From: Verrucomicrobiales bacterium | Lineage (GTDB): Bacteria > Verrucomicrobiota > Verrucomicrobiia > Verrucomicrobiales > SLCJ01 | Length of the DNA: 64,000 nucleotides | Assembly (NCBI GenBank): GCA_046075565.1 | Contig: JBJTQJ010000025.1 | Coordinates: forward strand, 64,001 to 128,000 | Direction of reading: 5' to 3' | In this document: in pieces, positions 50,571-60,550 of the stretch | Position numbering within the stretch: position 1 is the stretch's first letter | How the letters are laid out: every line of letters starts with the position of its first letter | The notes under the pieces: model-generated | Told to the model about the DNA's origin: nothing | The model's input: the letters and a program-made list of their open reading frames with translations, nothing else | Databases searched by the model: none | Made by a program: the position numbers and the translations under genes

Positions 50571-50632
50571 ATATTGTCTGTCCCTATGTCTGACAAAAAA
50601 ATCTTGACATATTGCCCGTCCCTATGTATCTT
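50571..50632 (+). promoter_or_regulatory. Transposase promoter with two 19-bp direct repeats
   Basis: ATATTGTCTGTCCCTATGT (50571-50589) and ATATTGCCCGTCCCTATGT (50609-50627); TTGACA-17 nt-TATCTT ends 5 nt before the ATG. Confidence 0.7.
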
Positions 50633-50637
50633 GGTAT

Positions 50638-51714
50638 ATGCGCCGTTGCAGAATGTTAGTGCCCCCGCAAATGGATGGGCTATATCACGTGGTCAGCCGG
50701 GTCGTAGATCGGCGAAAGGTGTTCGGGGAGGCGGAGAAGAAACGCTTCCGCGATTTGCTCTTGGCCTATGCCGGATTCAGCGGCATTACCGTGGTGGCTT
50801 GGTGTATCATGGGGAATCATTTCCATCTGTTGCTGGATGTGCCCGCGAAGGCAAATGGCGGCGCCCAGGCTCTTTCCGAAGAAGAAGTTGTCCGAAGGAT
50901 CGGGCTGATTCACGGGCCGTCCGCGTCTCTAGAGTTGGCCCGTCAGTTGTCACTTTGTTCTGCCGAAGAAAGCAAAACTCAATTGCTCCATCCCTATGTG
51001 CGAAGAATGGGTGATTTGGGTTTGATGATGAAAACCTTGAAGCAACGCTTCACCCAATGGTTCAATCGTCGTCATGAACGCCGCGGGACGCTGTGGGAAG
51101 ATCGTTACCGGAGCGTTATCGTGGAGAAATCCGACTCCGATGGCTCAATGGGAGGGGTGGCGAAGATTGTAGCGGCTTACATCGACCTGAACCCCGTCCG
51201 CGCCGGCATCACTTCCAATCCCGCCGCGTACCCTTGGAGCAGCTTTGGTTCATCCTCGGCGAATGATGTGGCATCGCGCACATCTCTAGCTCGATTATGG
51301 GGGATGGATGCTGATGCGGCATTGGCAGAACACATGGAGTTGCTCTATGAAGAGGGCTGCGCACAAAGGATCGCCGAAGAAGGACCAAAATCCGATCGTG
51401 CCCCGATCGCGGCACCGGAAGGAAAAGGTGGTGGCTCGCGCCTGAAAAAGTCGCTGCGCGTCCCTGTTCCCACGGCTCTACGCTTGCGTTTGCGACATTT
51501 CACCGCCGGAGGCATTCTTGGCAGCAAGGCATTTCTTGAAAAGCTCTCAACGACGCCAGGCATTCTGGATCCAACAGGCGAATCCGGAAAGTTTGCCGCC
51601 AAAGCGGGAGTGATCGTGCCCCGCGGAGAATGGGGAGCGTCTCTCCGAGCCTTGCGGGCCTTGCGCCTTCGCCAAGTCGGTCAATCCGATGTGGCTGAAA
51701 AATCAATTGATTGA
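50638..51714 (+). mobile_element. Y1 HUH tyrosine transposase, RAYT-like (IS200/IS605 superfamily)
   Basis: YHVVSR, CIMGNHFHLL (HUH), GTLWEDRYRS, YIDLNPVRAG (catalytic Tyr), YPWSS; no tnpB. Confidence 0.9.
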
Positions 51715-51757
51715 GGTTTTCCGCTAACGCACGGCGGCATAGATGCTAGACTTCCGC

Positions 51758-53287
51758 ATGATGGGATCGAACCTTTCCTTGGCTGCGAACCTTGTACAGT
51801 GGTTTCTACGGAGTGGTGCAAGGGAAATCGTGCTTTGCGCTGGCGCCAGAAACCTAGCCCTCGTCGCGGCGGCAACCAAAACCGCGGGCATCAAAACATG
51901 GCATCACCCGGAGGAACGATCGGCGGGATTCTTCGCCATGGGCCGTGCCAAGGCAAGCGGTCGCCCGGTGGCCATCGTGGTCACATCCGGCACCGCGGTT
52001 GCGGAGCTTCTTCCCGCGGTGATTGAAGCCCACTATCAAGGCATACCCCTGGTTGTGATTTCGGCGGACCGCCCGGCTTGCTACCGGGAAACAGGATCTC
52101 CACAGACCATCGAGCAACGCGGCATCTTCGGTCCTCACGCTGCCTTTTTGGGCGAGTTCGAAGCGGGAGATTCTTCGGAACTCCCCGCGGACCAAATGAT
52201 CGACCGACCAGTCCATCTAAATGTTTGCTTTGACGAGCCGATTCTCGACGGATTGTTGGAACAAAACATCGCACCTGCGACCAATTCGCTCGCCTGTCCA
52301 ATTTCAGTCGAGAAACTGCAAAGTCCTCCCGCATGGGATGACTTTGGAAGCACGGGCAAAATCCTCGTCATGGTCGGCGCATTGTCGTCTGCCGAACGCG
52401 CGTCTGTGCTTCGTTTCCTCGAGAAGCTTGGTGCACCGGTATGGTTGGAGGCGACAAGCGGACTTTGGGGACAGCCAGGCTTGTCACGACTCTGGGTTCG
52501 AAACCCAGCGAAACTACCTGCCGAGGGACCAACACATGTTTTGCGATTGGGTGGCGTGCCTTGTGATCGCCTTTGGCGCGACCTCGAAAAACGTGATGAA
52601 ATTCAGGTCCGCTCTTGGTCTTCGCAAGGATGGCCGGGACTCGCACGCCCTTGCGAGAACGCCATCTGTGATCTCTCCCAACTGCGAACCGGTTCTATCA
52701 AACCACACTCCAACTGGTCAACCGAAGCGAGCCGCTTCCCTGTCCCGTCAGCGAACATTCCATGCTCCGAAACTGCATGGTTTGGCGCACTTTCGAGGCA
52801 TATACCAGATGATGCATTGGTTTTTCTCGGAAACAGCCTGCCCATACGCGAGTGGCAAGCCGCTGCCGATTGGCGCGTGGGATTGGAAATCCACGCGAAC
52901 CGCGGCGTCAACGGTATTGATGGCGAGATTTCGACCTTTCTGGGACTGGCTGCCGATCATCCGGCCGAATCCTGGGGCATTTTCGGAGATCTGACCACAC
53001 TCTATGATCTGGCGGGGCCGTGGATTCTGTCTCAAATGCCGGGAAGAGTTGTCCGCTTCGTAGTGGTCAACAATGGAGGTGGGGCCATCTTCCGCGATCT
53101 TCCGGCTCTCCGAGCCGCCGAAGCGGCCACACGCGAAATTGTCTGCAACGAGCACTCTCTCGATTTTGCCGGTTGGGCCTCACTTTGGAGGCTGCCATAC
53201 GTGCGGCTTGAGGATCCCGTCAACTGGTCGTCCTTCCTGCCCGAAGGATCCTGCGTCTTGGAAATCGTGCCGAAACGGGACCAATAA
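51758..53287 (+). CDS. menD: SEPHCHC synthase
   Basis: CAGARN, EERSAGFFAMG, TSGTAVAEL, SADRP, GNSLPIR, ANRGVNGIDG, GDLT..YD, NNGGG.IF. Confidence 0.93.
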   Translation: MMGSNLSLAANLVQWFLRSGAREIVLCAGARNLALVAAATKTAGIKTWHHPEERSAGFFAMGRAKASGRPVAIVVTSGTAVAELLPAVIEAHYQGIPLVVISADRPACYRETGSPQTIEQRGIFGPHAAFLGEFEAGDSSELPADQMIDRPVHLNVCFDEPILDGLLEQNIAPATNSLACPISVEKLQSPPAWDDFGSTGKILVMVGALSSAERASVLRFLEKLGAPVWLEATSGLWGQPGLSRLWVRNPAKLPAEGPTHVLRLGGVPCDRLWRDLEKRDEIQVRSWSSQGWPGLARPCENAICDLSQLRTGSIKPHSNWSTEASRFPVPSANIPCSETAWFGALSRHIPDDALVFLGNSLPIREWQAAADWRVGLEIHANRGVNGIDGEISTFLGLAADHPAESWGIFGDLTTLYDLAGPWILSQMPGRVVRFVVVNNGGGAIFRDLPALRAAEAATREIVCNEHSLDFAGWASLWRLPYVRLEDPVNWSSFLPEGSCVLEIVPKRDQ

Positions 53288-53371
53288 ATCCCGCCCTCGA
53301 AGAGCTCACGAACTCCCACTCGCTCGCACGAAGGGCACGAGCAGAGAGGGGTAGCGCAACCGACGAAAACC

Positions 53372-54355
53372 TTATTCCTTCGGTTGTTCGGCCGGTTGTT
53401 CCGCGGGTTGTGCTTTGGCAGCTTCTATCGTTGCTTCAATACGAGGGCGGATCTGGGCGAACTCTTTGGCGGTATCGGACTCAGGCGCAATGGCAACGAT
53501 CTCGTCGAGCAACTTGAGTGCGCCGACGTTATCCTTGCGCATGCCCGCGAGTTGCAACTTGAGGGTCATTGCGCGTTGTTTCATCTCGCCTTCGTATTTG
53601 CCATCGGCGATCAGCTTGTCGATGATTTGACCGGCTCCATCAAAATCACCGGCTTGGACCTTTTCATCAAGTTGAGGCACGACCTCCTTGACCTTCTCTT
53701 CAAATGCCTTGGTGTCGGAGGCAAGTTTGGCCTTTTTCCCGAAACCAAGGGTGTCTTCTTTGTCCGCCGCGATAATGGCGTCCACTTCGGCCTGGTAGAA
53801 TGCTCCTTGCAATTCGGGGGCGATTTTGGCCAGTCCTTCGGCAAGCAATTTTGCTTTCTCGAGGCCCTCCGCCTTTTCAGCTTTTGCGAACGCGGCATCG
53901 CGGGCGGTCTTGGCCTCGCGCAGGGTGGCGAGATGGGTGACATATTTTTCCGGACCACCTTCTTCGTAGCCGGTCTTCGCGTAGGGACGACCACTGGCAT
54001 CGGCTAGGATGATGGTGGGAAATCCTTCGATGGCGTATGTCTTCTGGAGACCTTCGTTTTGCTTCTTGATCTCGGGAGCGACCTTGGCTTCGTCCTGGGG
54101 AAAGTCGAGTTCCACGAGCACGAAGTCGTTTGGAACAACATTGCGGAAAGCATCCTTGGAAAAGACCTCCTCGTTCAACTTGATACACCATCCGCACCAA
54201 TCGGAACCGGTAAAGTCGATCAAGAGATCCTTTTTGTCTTTGGCGGCAGTCGCTTTGGCGGCTTCAAAGTCCTGAACCCAGACCTCGCCGCCAGCGAGGA
54301 GGTGTCCCGCGCCGAGGATGGCGGCGGCAATGGTGGAAATGAGTTGTCGTATCAT
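53372..54355 (-). CDS. Secreted thioredoxin-family protein
   Basis: Signal peptide, DFTGSDWCGWC, GFPT cis-Pro loop, helical C-terminus. Confidence 0.88.
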   Translation of the reverse strand: MIRQLISTIAAAILGAGHLLAGGEVWVQDFEAAKATAAKDKKDLLIDFTGSDWCGWCIKLNEEVFSKDAFRNVVPNDFVLVELDFPQDEAKVAPEIKKQNEGLQKTYAIEGFPTIILADASGRPYAKTGYEEGGPEKYVTHLATLREAKTARDAAFAKAEKAEGLEKAKLLAEGLAKIAPELQGAFYQAEVDAIIAADKEDTLGFGKKAKLASDTKAFEEKVKEVVPQLDEKVQAGDFDGAGQIIDKLIADGKYEGEMKQRAMTLKLQLAGMRKDNVGALKLLDEIVAIAPESDTAKEFAQIRPRIEATIEAAKAQPAEQPAEQPKE

Positions 54356-54417
54356 GGCAGACCGCCAGCATCCGCCCCAGCGGCCATGCCTGCAAGCTCA
54401 ATTCCAGCGACTTTCGT

Positions 54418-54801
54418 TTATTCGGCTGTTTTGGCCCCGGCGGCGAGGGACCGCGCCCGCCCGAGCGAGCCAAGGTCGTGGACTTGGCTGTAGCCCAGTT
54501 TGCGCAAGGTGCGGACGGCGAACGCGCTCCGGGTCCCGCTCAAGCAATGAACGAGGACCGGTTGATTTTTGTCCGGGGCGACAGTGGCAATCCGGGCTTC
54601 AAGCGAATCGAGCGGAACATTGATCGCTCCCTCCACATGGTCGGAGGCGAATTCGCCCGGACCGCGAACGTCGATCATCACCGCTCCGTCCCTGATTAAG
54701 GCAACGGCATCGGATTTCGGCACCTGACCGAGTCTCTTGAAAAGAATGAAGCCGATGACGATCACCAGCGGGATAATCCAGATGGCGTGGTCTTTGAACA
54801 T
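54418..54801 (-). CDS. Membrane-anchored rhodanese-domain protein
   Basis: N-terminal TM, IDVR..EF, HVEGAINVP, HCLSGTRS. Confidence 0.9.
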   Translation of the reverse strand: MFKDHAIWIIPLVIVIGFILFKRLGQVPKSDAVALIRDGAVMIDVRGPGEFASDHVEGAINVPLDSLEARIATVAPDKNQPVLVHCLSGTRSAFAVRTLRKLGYSQVHDLGSLGRARSLAAGAKTAE

Positions 54802-54818
54802 GATGTAATTTTGGCTTG

Positions 54819-55877
54819 TTAGGATTCCGGTGCGCCGGGCAGCAGACCGTCATGGCGAGCGCGGCGCAGACGTTCGTTCAGGGCGAGGCCGATTCCGTGC
54901 TCAGGAAGCGGTTCGGCGACGATGGCGTCTGTTCCGAGTTCATCAAGCCGGCGGAGCAGTGCGTAGAAGCGCACGGCGGCTTCGATGATTTTTCCTGAAC
55001 CCGGGCTGAGGATTTCCATCGCCGCCCAGTCCGTTAGGCCGATGAAACCATCTTCGGCATCCCCACGATAACTGAGCAAAGCATACCTTTTTCCCGGCAC
55101 CGGGTGGAAATCCGCGGGCGAAGCGGGCGTGAGCAATGGCGTTCGGGGAGCGTAGTGGCTATCGAGTTGTCCGGGCACTTCCGGCAATGTCCCACTCCCC
55201 CGCTCTCGTTCGACCACCTTCACTTTGCCGAAGGGTTTGAGCATATCCTTGGTCACCGGGCCGGGACGCAGAATTTCAATGAGCGGCTTTTTCTCGCCCG
55301 GAGTGATGCGGATAATCGTGCTCTCGACCCCGTCGCGGGCGGCTCCCCCGTCAATGACGAGGGGGATGCGGCCTTCAAGTTCGGTCATTACGGCCCCGGC
55401 GGTGGTGGGGGAAATTCGCCCGAAGCGATTCGCCGAGGGGGCGGCGAGCGGACGACCGAGTTCCTTGAGAATGCCGCGAACGAGGGCATGGGACGGTGCG
55501 CGAACGGCCACCGTGGGCAGACCCGCGCATACGGAATCGTGAACGCGGGGGCCTCGGGGCAGCACGATGGTCAATGGACCTGGCCAGAACTCCTCGGTCA
55601 GGCGTCGGAAAGCGGGTTCAATTTCCTCCGGCACCACGGCGACGCCATCGAGCATGCCACGCCCGAGCACATGGACAATCAGGGGATCGTGAGATGGGCG
55701 GTCTTTGGCTTTGAAAACACGCGCGACAGCGGCGGGGTTGAAGGCGTCGGCGGCGAGCCCGTAAACGGTTTCGGTAGGCAAGGCGACGGTCTGGCCTTGG
55801 GCCAGCAACTCGGCGGCTTCCTTGGCCACCTCGCGGTGGCTGGTGAAAAGTTCGAGCTCGATGAGTTTGGTTTCCAT
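54819..55877 (-). CDS. sua5: Threonylcarbamoyl-AMP synthase, Sua5 type
   Basis: PTETVYGL, KDRP..DPLIVH, FWPGPLT, AAPSAN, PGQLDSHYAP, C-terminal SUA5 domain; start may be 55928. Confidence 0.93.
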   Translation of the reverse strand: METKLIELELFTSHREVAKEAAELLAQGQTVALPTETVYGLAADAFNPAAVARVFKAKDRPSHDPLIVHVLGRGMLDGVAVVPEEIEPAFRRLTEEFWPGPLTIVLPRGPRVHDSVCAGLPTVAVRAPSHALVRGILKELGRPLAAPSANRFGRISPTTAGAVMTELEGRIPLVIDGGAARDGVESTIIRITPGEKKPLIEILRPGPVTKDMLKPFGKVKVVERERGSGTLPEVPGQLDSHYAPRTPLLTPASPADFHPVPGKRYALLSYRGDAEDGFIGLTDWAAMEILSPGSGKIIEAAVRFYALLRRLDELGTDAIVAEPLPEHGIGLALNERLRRARHDGLLPGAPES

Positions 55878-55955
55878 GGGACTTGGGGTTCGGGCCGCGG
55901 AGGCGGCACGATATTTGCTGGTCCTCATCCATAACAGGGCTTATCTTCCCGCGCA

Positions 55956-56588
55956 ATGGCAGATGCCGAATCCGACCACGATCTTCTCCCTCCCCGGACT
56001 CCCCCGCGGGCGAGGAACATCGTGCTTGTCGGGTTCATGGCGACCGGTAAGACAACCCTCGGGCGGCTGGTGGCACGCAAGGCCGGATTCACCTTTGTGG
56101 ACATGGACAAGAAAATCGAGGAAGCGGCTGGCATGAGCATCCCGAAAATCTTTGAATTGGAGGGCGAGGATGGTTTTCGGGCCCGGGAGACCTCGGTGCT
56201 GCGCGAGTTGGTCGGTTCGGAGCGCCATGTCATCGCCACCGGCGGCGGAGTCGTGACGCGGGAGGAGAATCATCCCTTGTTGCGCGACCTCGGCTTCGTC
56301 GTGTGGTTGCACACGCGTAAAAAGATCATCTTCGACCGGGTGACCCGCAATCCCCACCGCCCTTTGCTGCGCACGGCGGATCCCTACGCGACCATCAAGG
56401 CGATGGTGGAGGAGCGGAAGCCCCTTTACAAGGCCGTCGCCGATTTGAAGGTGAAAACCTGTGATCTTTCGCAATCAGAGTCGGTCGGAGGAATTCTCGA
56501 CAGTGCTTGCTGGTTTTTCCGGGCACATTTTCCCGGGGAACACGAATGTGGAGATGCAAAGTCTTCCCCGCCTCCGGCGACGCTCTGA
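55956..56588 (+). CDS. aroK: Shikimate kinase
   Basis: LVGFMATGKTT, DMD, GEDGFRARE, IATGGG, RPLL. Confidence 0.95.
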   Translation: MADAESDHDLLPPRTPPRARNIVLVGFMATGKTTLGRLVARKAGFTFVDMDKKIEEAAGMSIPKIFELEGEDGFRARETSVLRELVGSERHVIATGGGVVTREENHPLLRDLGFVVWLHTRKKIIFDRVTRNPHRPLLRTADPYATIKAMVEERKPLYKAVADLKVKTCDLSQSESVGGILDSACWFFRAHFPGEHECGDAKSSPPPATL

Positions 56589-56666
56589 GCGCCTCGGTCC
56601 GATTTCACGGATATTTCATCCCCCTTTCACGGTCCTTTCACGGAGCCGCTCCACGATAGCGGCACC

Positions 56667-57332
56667 ATGCAACTCGAACGTCTTCTCACTTCCGACCACC
56701 TTTCGACCGGTCGTCGCGACGTGTTCAGTTCGCTGGGTCTTTTCGTGGTTGGTTGTTTGCTCTACGGCCTCGGCATGGGGGCTTGGCGATCCTGGACAAT
56801 GGGAGTCTATGTCGCGATTAAACTGCCGTTCTGCCTGCTGGCGACACTCGGGATCAACGGACTCTTCAGCGTGATCATCGCGGCCTTTACCGGAAGCGGT
56901 TTGGGCATGCGCGAAACCCTGGCCATGCAACTCCGCGCTTGTTCGGTATCGGCGGTGGTGTTGGGTGGCTTTGCTCCGGTGGGAATTTTTCTGGCCCGTG
57001 TGCTACCTTCGCCGCCCGATAGCCCGGTGGCTCACATCCATGCGGGCCTGATGTTTTTCCACACCCTGATGATTGCGTTTGCCGGAGTGATCGGCCTGGC
57101 CTCGTTGCGGCGGATCCTCCTCCGTCATGCCAGTGGGCCCGGTCCGGCGCGCTGGACCATGCTGGCTTGGTTGACGGGAAACTTTCTCGCCGGCTCACAA
57201 GTTGCTTGGTTCCTGCGCCCGTTTTTCGGCTCCGCTTATTTGCCAGTGGAGTTTCTCAGAGAGGATCCATTCTCGAGCGGATTCCTCGAATCCCTGCTCC
57301 TAGCCATCCCGCGCCTTCTCAAAGCTTTCTAA
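56667..57332 (+). CDS. Multi-TM hypothetical protein (paralogue A)
   Basis: About 5 TMs; LYGLGMG, KLP, FAPV, QVAWFLRPF. Confidence 0.7.
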   Translation: MQLERLLTSDHLSTGRRDVFSSLGLFVVGCLLYGLGMGAWRSWTMGVYVAIKLPFCLLATLGINGLFSVIIAAFTGSGLGMRETLAMQLRACSVSAVVLGGFAPVGIFLARVLPSPPDSPVAHIHAGLMFFHTLMIAFAGVIGLASLRRILLRHASGPGPARWTMLAWLTGNFLAGSQVAWFLRPFFGSAYLPVEFLREDPFSSGFLESLLLAIPRLLKAF

Positions 57333-57345
57333 CTTGAAAAATCAT

Positions 57346-58068
57346 ATGAACTCGAATCCTGAAACCATGAGCACCACCCAACTCCTCGACACCATCTTGC
57401 GCCAACCGCGCGATCAAGCCCGTGAACTTGCCACCACATCGCCACCGGCCCGACTCCTCATCATCCTTGGCAGCACGGCAATTGTTTCCATCCTCGTCTT
57501 CGGTCTGGTGATTGGATGGTTCGGCGGCGGTGCTGCTCTTTGGCAGACTCCCCTCAAACTCACGGGAGGACTGCTCTTCACCTGTCTCATTTGTTTTCCC
57601 AGCCTCTGTATCCTTGGGGCCCTCGCGGGATCCGATGCCGGACCCCGCGGCCATTTCGCGGTTTTGCTTGGTGGTCTCGCCCTAACAGGACTTCTGCTCC
57701 TCGGTCTCGCGCCCGTATTGTGGGTTTTCTCGCAGTCTACCGGCTCGCCCGGGTTCTTTGGATTCCTCGCCCTCGGTCTCTGGTGGATCTGCATGTTGGC
57801 CGGTCTGTTTTTCATCGCCCGGGGCCTGCGCGGGACGACCATTCGGGGATTCGGTCCTCTCGCTCTCTGGACCGGTATCTTCCTCCTCGTGGCATTACAA
57901 ACGGTGACGAGCTTGCGCCCCCTGCTTGAACCCACGGACAAACTTTTCGCGGAAAAGAAAATGTTCTTCCTCGAACATTGGGTGAGTGTGATGAACGGTG
58001 AGTCCCAAAACGCCTCGGATGAGGAGGTCGATTGTGAAGGGGAAACCGTCGTCGATTCGTCCCGATAA
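57346..58068 (+). CDS. Multi-TM hypothetical protein (paralogue B)
   Basis: About 5 TMs; VFGLVIG, PLKL, CFPSL, LAPV, QTVTSLRPL. Confidence 0.7.
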   Translation: MNSNPETMSTTQLLDTILRQPRDQARELATTSPPARLLIILGSTAIVSILVFGLVIGWFGGGAALWQTPLKLTGGLLFTCLICFPSLCILGALAGSDAGPRGHFAVLLGGLALTGLLLLGLAPVLWVFSQSTGSPGFFGFLALGLWWICMLAGLFFIARGLRGTTIRGFGPLALWTGIFLLVALQTVTSLRPLLEPTDKLFAEKKMFFLEHWVSVMNGESQNASDEEVDCEGETVVDSSR

Positions 58069-58143
58069 CCAGCGCCTCGAGTGTTTTGATCGTTCCGAAA
58101 GATGACGGCAGACCTTACGGTCGGGGGTTCTTCGATTTGGATA

Positions 58144-59145
58144 TCAATCACCTGACGGCCGGAAACCCAGCACGTGGAAAGCTTCCCCCGCCCTCATGCC
58201 AGGGTCATTGGCATCAACCCGGGGGTGGTGGGTTCGAATAAACTCCGATTGGCTTTCCGGTGGTTGGCAGACGATACCGCATTGTTCGCACCAAGCTGCG
58301 AGGTCGGTGAAGTTCACATCGCAGGTGATGTCTTGTGAGCCAAGTCTGCGGAAAACATCGAGACCGGCGAGGCGTTCCTGCCGCCAATAGGCGCGCAGGG
58401 TGCCGGCGGGCCGGCGGTGATAAAGCGTCGGGAAAACATCGCCATAGTCAATCCACAAGCCAGCGCCCTTGCGCCATTGGGAAACCCATTCCTGCATCCA
58501 TTCGGAGAAGGAGACCAGGTGTTCTACACGCTGGCCGTTGGGAATGCTCCCTCCGGGCCAAGCCCGAGCTTCGAGAAAACCGGCGGATTTCCCGTCTGGC
58601 GTCCAGAGCCGCGTGGTTTCACGGATGAGTCCATCACTTTGGACCTCGAGGCAACATTCATTCCAAATGCTGCCATCCCATGACAAGACCTCAGGAGGGA
58701 AAGCATCGACAAGCTCGTTCGCAAACAAGATGGCGCGTCCATCGCATGCGGATAACGCATCTCTCATGTTCTCGTGCCAGCGGACGCGGCTTCCGAGTAT
58801 TTCCTTTTGCCGTTGGCGTAAGGTCAATGAAGTATCGACTATATGATAGCGCGGCTTCCGCCAGCCCGGCCATTGCTTGAGGATGGTTCGCGCCAGGGAT
58901 CCATCGCCGGCGCCGATCTCGATGAGATCACGAATGCCGGAGTGTTTCGACTGTGCATGCGCCCATCGGCTGATGGCCGTGCCCAGCGAGACCCCGAGAG
59001 TGGCATTGGTGGAGAAATCGCCGGTTCGTCCTACTGTTCCGATGTTGGCGGTGTAGTAGCCGCTCTCGGGATCATGAAGTGCCCGGGCGATAATGTCGCG
59101 GAAACCATGGATGCCGGGTTCGAGCATGTTGTTAGGCTTTGCCAT
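58144..59145 (-). CDS. MidA/NDUFAF7-family SAM-dependent methyltransferase
   Basis: GYY...IG..GDFST, EIGAGDGSLA, FANELVDAFP, IDYG, QDITCDVNF. Confidence 0.9.
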   Translation of the reverse strand: MAKPNNMLEPGIHGFRDIIARALHDPESGYYTANIGTVGRTGDFSTNATLGVSLGTAISRWAHAQSKHSGIRDLIEIGAGDGSLARTILKQWPGWRKPRYHIVDTSLTLRQRQKEILGSRVRWHENMRDALSACDGRAILFANELVDAFPPEVLSWDGSIWNECCLEVQSDGLIRETTRLWTPDGKSAGFLEARAWPGGSIPNGQRVEHLVSFSEWMQEWVSQWRKGAGLWIDYGDVFPTLYHRRPAGTLRAYWRQERLAGLDVFRRLGSQDITCDVNFTDLAAWCEQCGIVCQPPESQSEFIRTHHPRVDANDPGMRAGEAFHVLGFRPSGD

Positions 59146-59968
59146 CTCCGCGCGGACCGTAGAAGACTTCGACCATGGTCAGCCCCTCGGCTCCGGCGCA
59201 GAGCGGGCTTTTGATCAAGCGACCGGTCTTGTCGATTTTCGCTTCAAACAGCCTGCGCAAGCCCTCGGCGTCGAGGGATCCGCGGCCCACATGGATCAGT
59301 GCACCGACCATCAGCCGCACCATCTTGTAAAGGAATCCTTTGCCTTCGATGTCCATGGTCAGATACGGACCATCGACCGTCACGTCGAAACGCCAGACGC
59401 GGCGGATATTGCGTCCGGACTCGGGTGCGGCATCGGTGCCATCGTGACGGAAGGCGGCGAAGGCGGAGAAGTCATGTTCACCGAGAAAGACCGGGGCGGC
59501 TGCGATCATCGCCTCTGTGTCGAGCGGCCATGGCCAGTGCCAGACCACGCCGTGATCGAGCGGGGGCAAAATGGGACCATTGAACAAACGATACCGGTAG
59601 TGTTTGCCCGTCGAGCTCCGGCGCGCGTGGAAATCAGGTGGTGCGTCATCCGTTTCGAGCACGCGGATGGTCGGCGGCAGCAGGGGATTGAGGGCACGTG
59701 TCCAGGCCGCGCCATCCATACGCCAATCCCCCGGCACATCAAAATGGGCGATCTGGGCGAGGGCATGCACACCCGCGTCGGTCCGGCCCGAGGCATGGAC
59801 ACGAGTGAGTTGATCCGATTTCAAAACCCGGGCGATGGCAGCTTCCAGTTGTTCCTGGACCGAACGTCCGTCGCCCACATGCTGCCAGCCCGAATGATGC
59901 CGACCGTCGTAGGCCAGCACCAGCTTCATCCGGTGGGGAGGAGGGGTTGTTTCGGTGGAAGAACTCAT
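59132..59968 (-). CDS. truA: tRNA pseudouridine(38-40) synthase
   Basis: AYDG..SGWQ, SGRTDAGVHA, FHAR, GEHDFSAF, FLYKMVR. Confidence 0.97.
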   Translation of the reverse strand: MSSSTETTPPPHRMKLVLAYDGRHHSGWQHVGDGRSVQEQLEAAIARVLKSDQLTRVHASGRTDAGVHALAQIAHFDVPGDWRMDGAAWTRALNPLLPPTIRVLETDDAPPDFHARRSSTGKHYRYRLFNGPILPPLDHGVVWHWPWPLDTEAMIAAAPVFLGEHDFSAFAAFRHDGTDAAPESGRNIRRVWRFDVTVDGPYLTMDIEGKGFLYKMVRLMVGALIHVGRGSLDAEGLRRLFEAKIDKTGRLIKSPLCAGAEGLTMVEVFYGPRGDGKA

Positions 59969-60010
59969 CTCAGCTTGGAGCGAATTGGGGAGACGGATGA
60001 AATTCTAGAG

Positions 60011-60508
60011 TCAGAGTTCCCCGGCCTTGAGGGCTTTGAGGAATGATTCATAGGAATGGATTTGCACGACGTTGGCGGCGGCGGGCAAATGTTTTTTCAA
60101 TTCACCGGAGAGATACCATTCCTTGAGGGTCCATCCATCACCCCCGAGCACGAGCAAGGCTTTGGTGTAGCGGTCTTCCTGCTTTTCGGCTTTTGCACTC
60201 TGGGCGATGGCCTCGGCGAGGCAGATCATTTCGTAAGGAATCTTCTGTTCGGCTGTGCCACCGGCTTGCTGCCATTTGAGGGACACGAGGATATTGCGTC
60301 CTTCTTTGCGCGCTACGACATCGACGTAGTGGCGTCCGCCATCCGGGCGGGTGCCCGCCAGGACCTGATGGGCTGTGTTGTAACCTGCTTCCTTGAAATC
60401 GGCTTCAACTTGGTTTTCAAAGTCACGACCGGTGGTGGTGTCGCGGGCGGGTTCCTCGGCACCGAGACAGGCGACAAAGCAGAGCCAGAGCACACGGAGG
60501 CATTTCAT
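60011..60508 (-). CDS. PD-(D/E)XK nuclease-superfamily protein with an N-terminal signal-like segment
   Basis: TTGRDFE, HYVDVVA, VSLKWQQAGGTAEQKIPYE, LVLGGDGW. Confidence 0.7.
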   Translation of the reverse strand: MKCLRVLWLCFVACLGAEEPARDTTTGRDFENQVEADFKEAGYNTAHQVLAGTRPDGGRHYVDVVARKEGRNILVSLKWQQAGGTAEQKIPYEMICLAEAIAQSAKAEKQEDRYTKALLVLGGDGWTLKEWYLSGELKKHLPAAANVVQIHSYESFLKALKAGEL

Positions 60509-60550
60509 GTGCCCAGTAGAACCGAGACGCGTCGTGATGGCAAGCTCCGA

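Noticed and set aside
48629-51714. Genomic island integrated at tRNA-His
   Set aside because: No integrase or duplicated tRNA 3' end seen; the flanks are core genes rnc, gpsA and plsY
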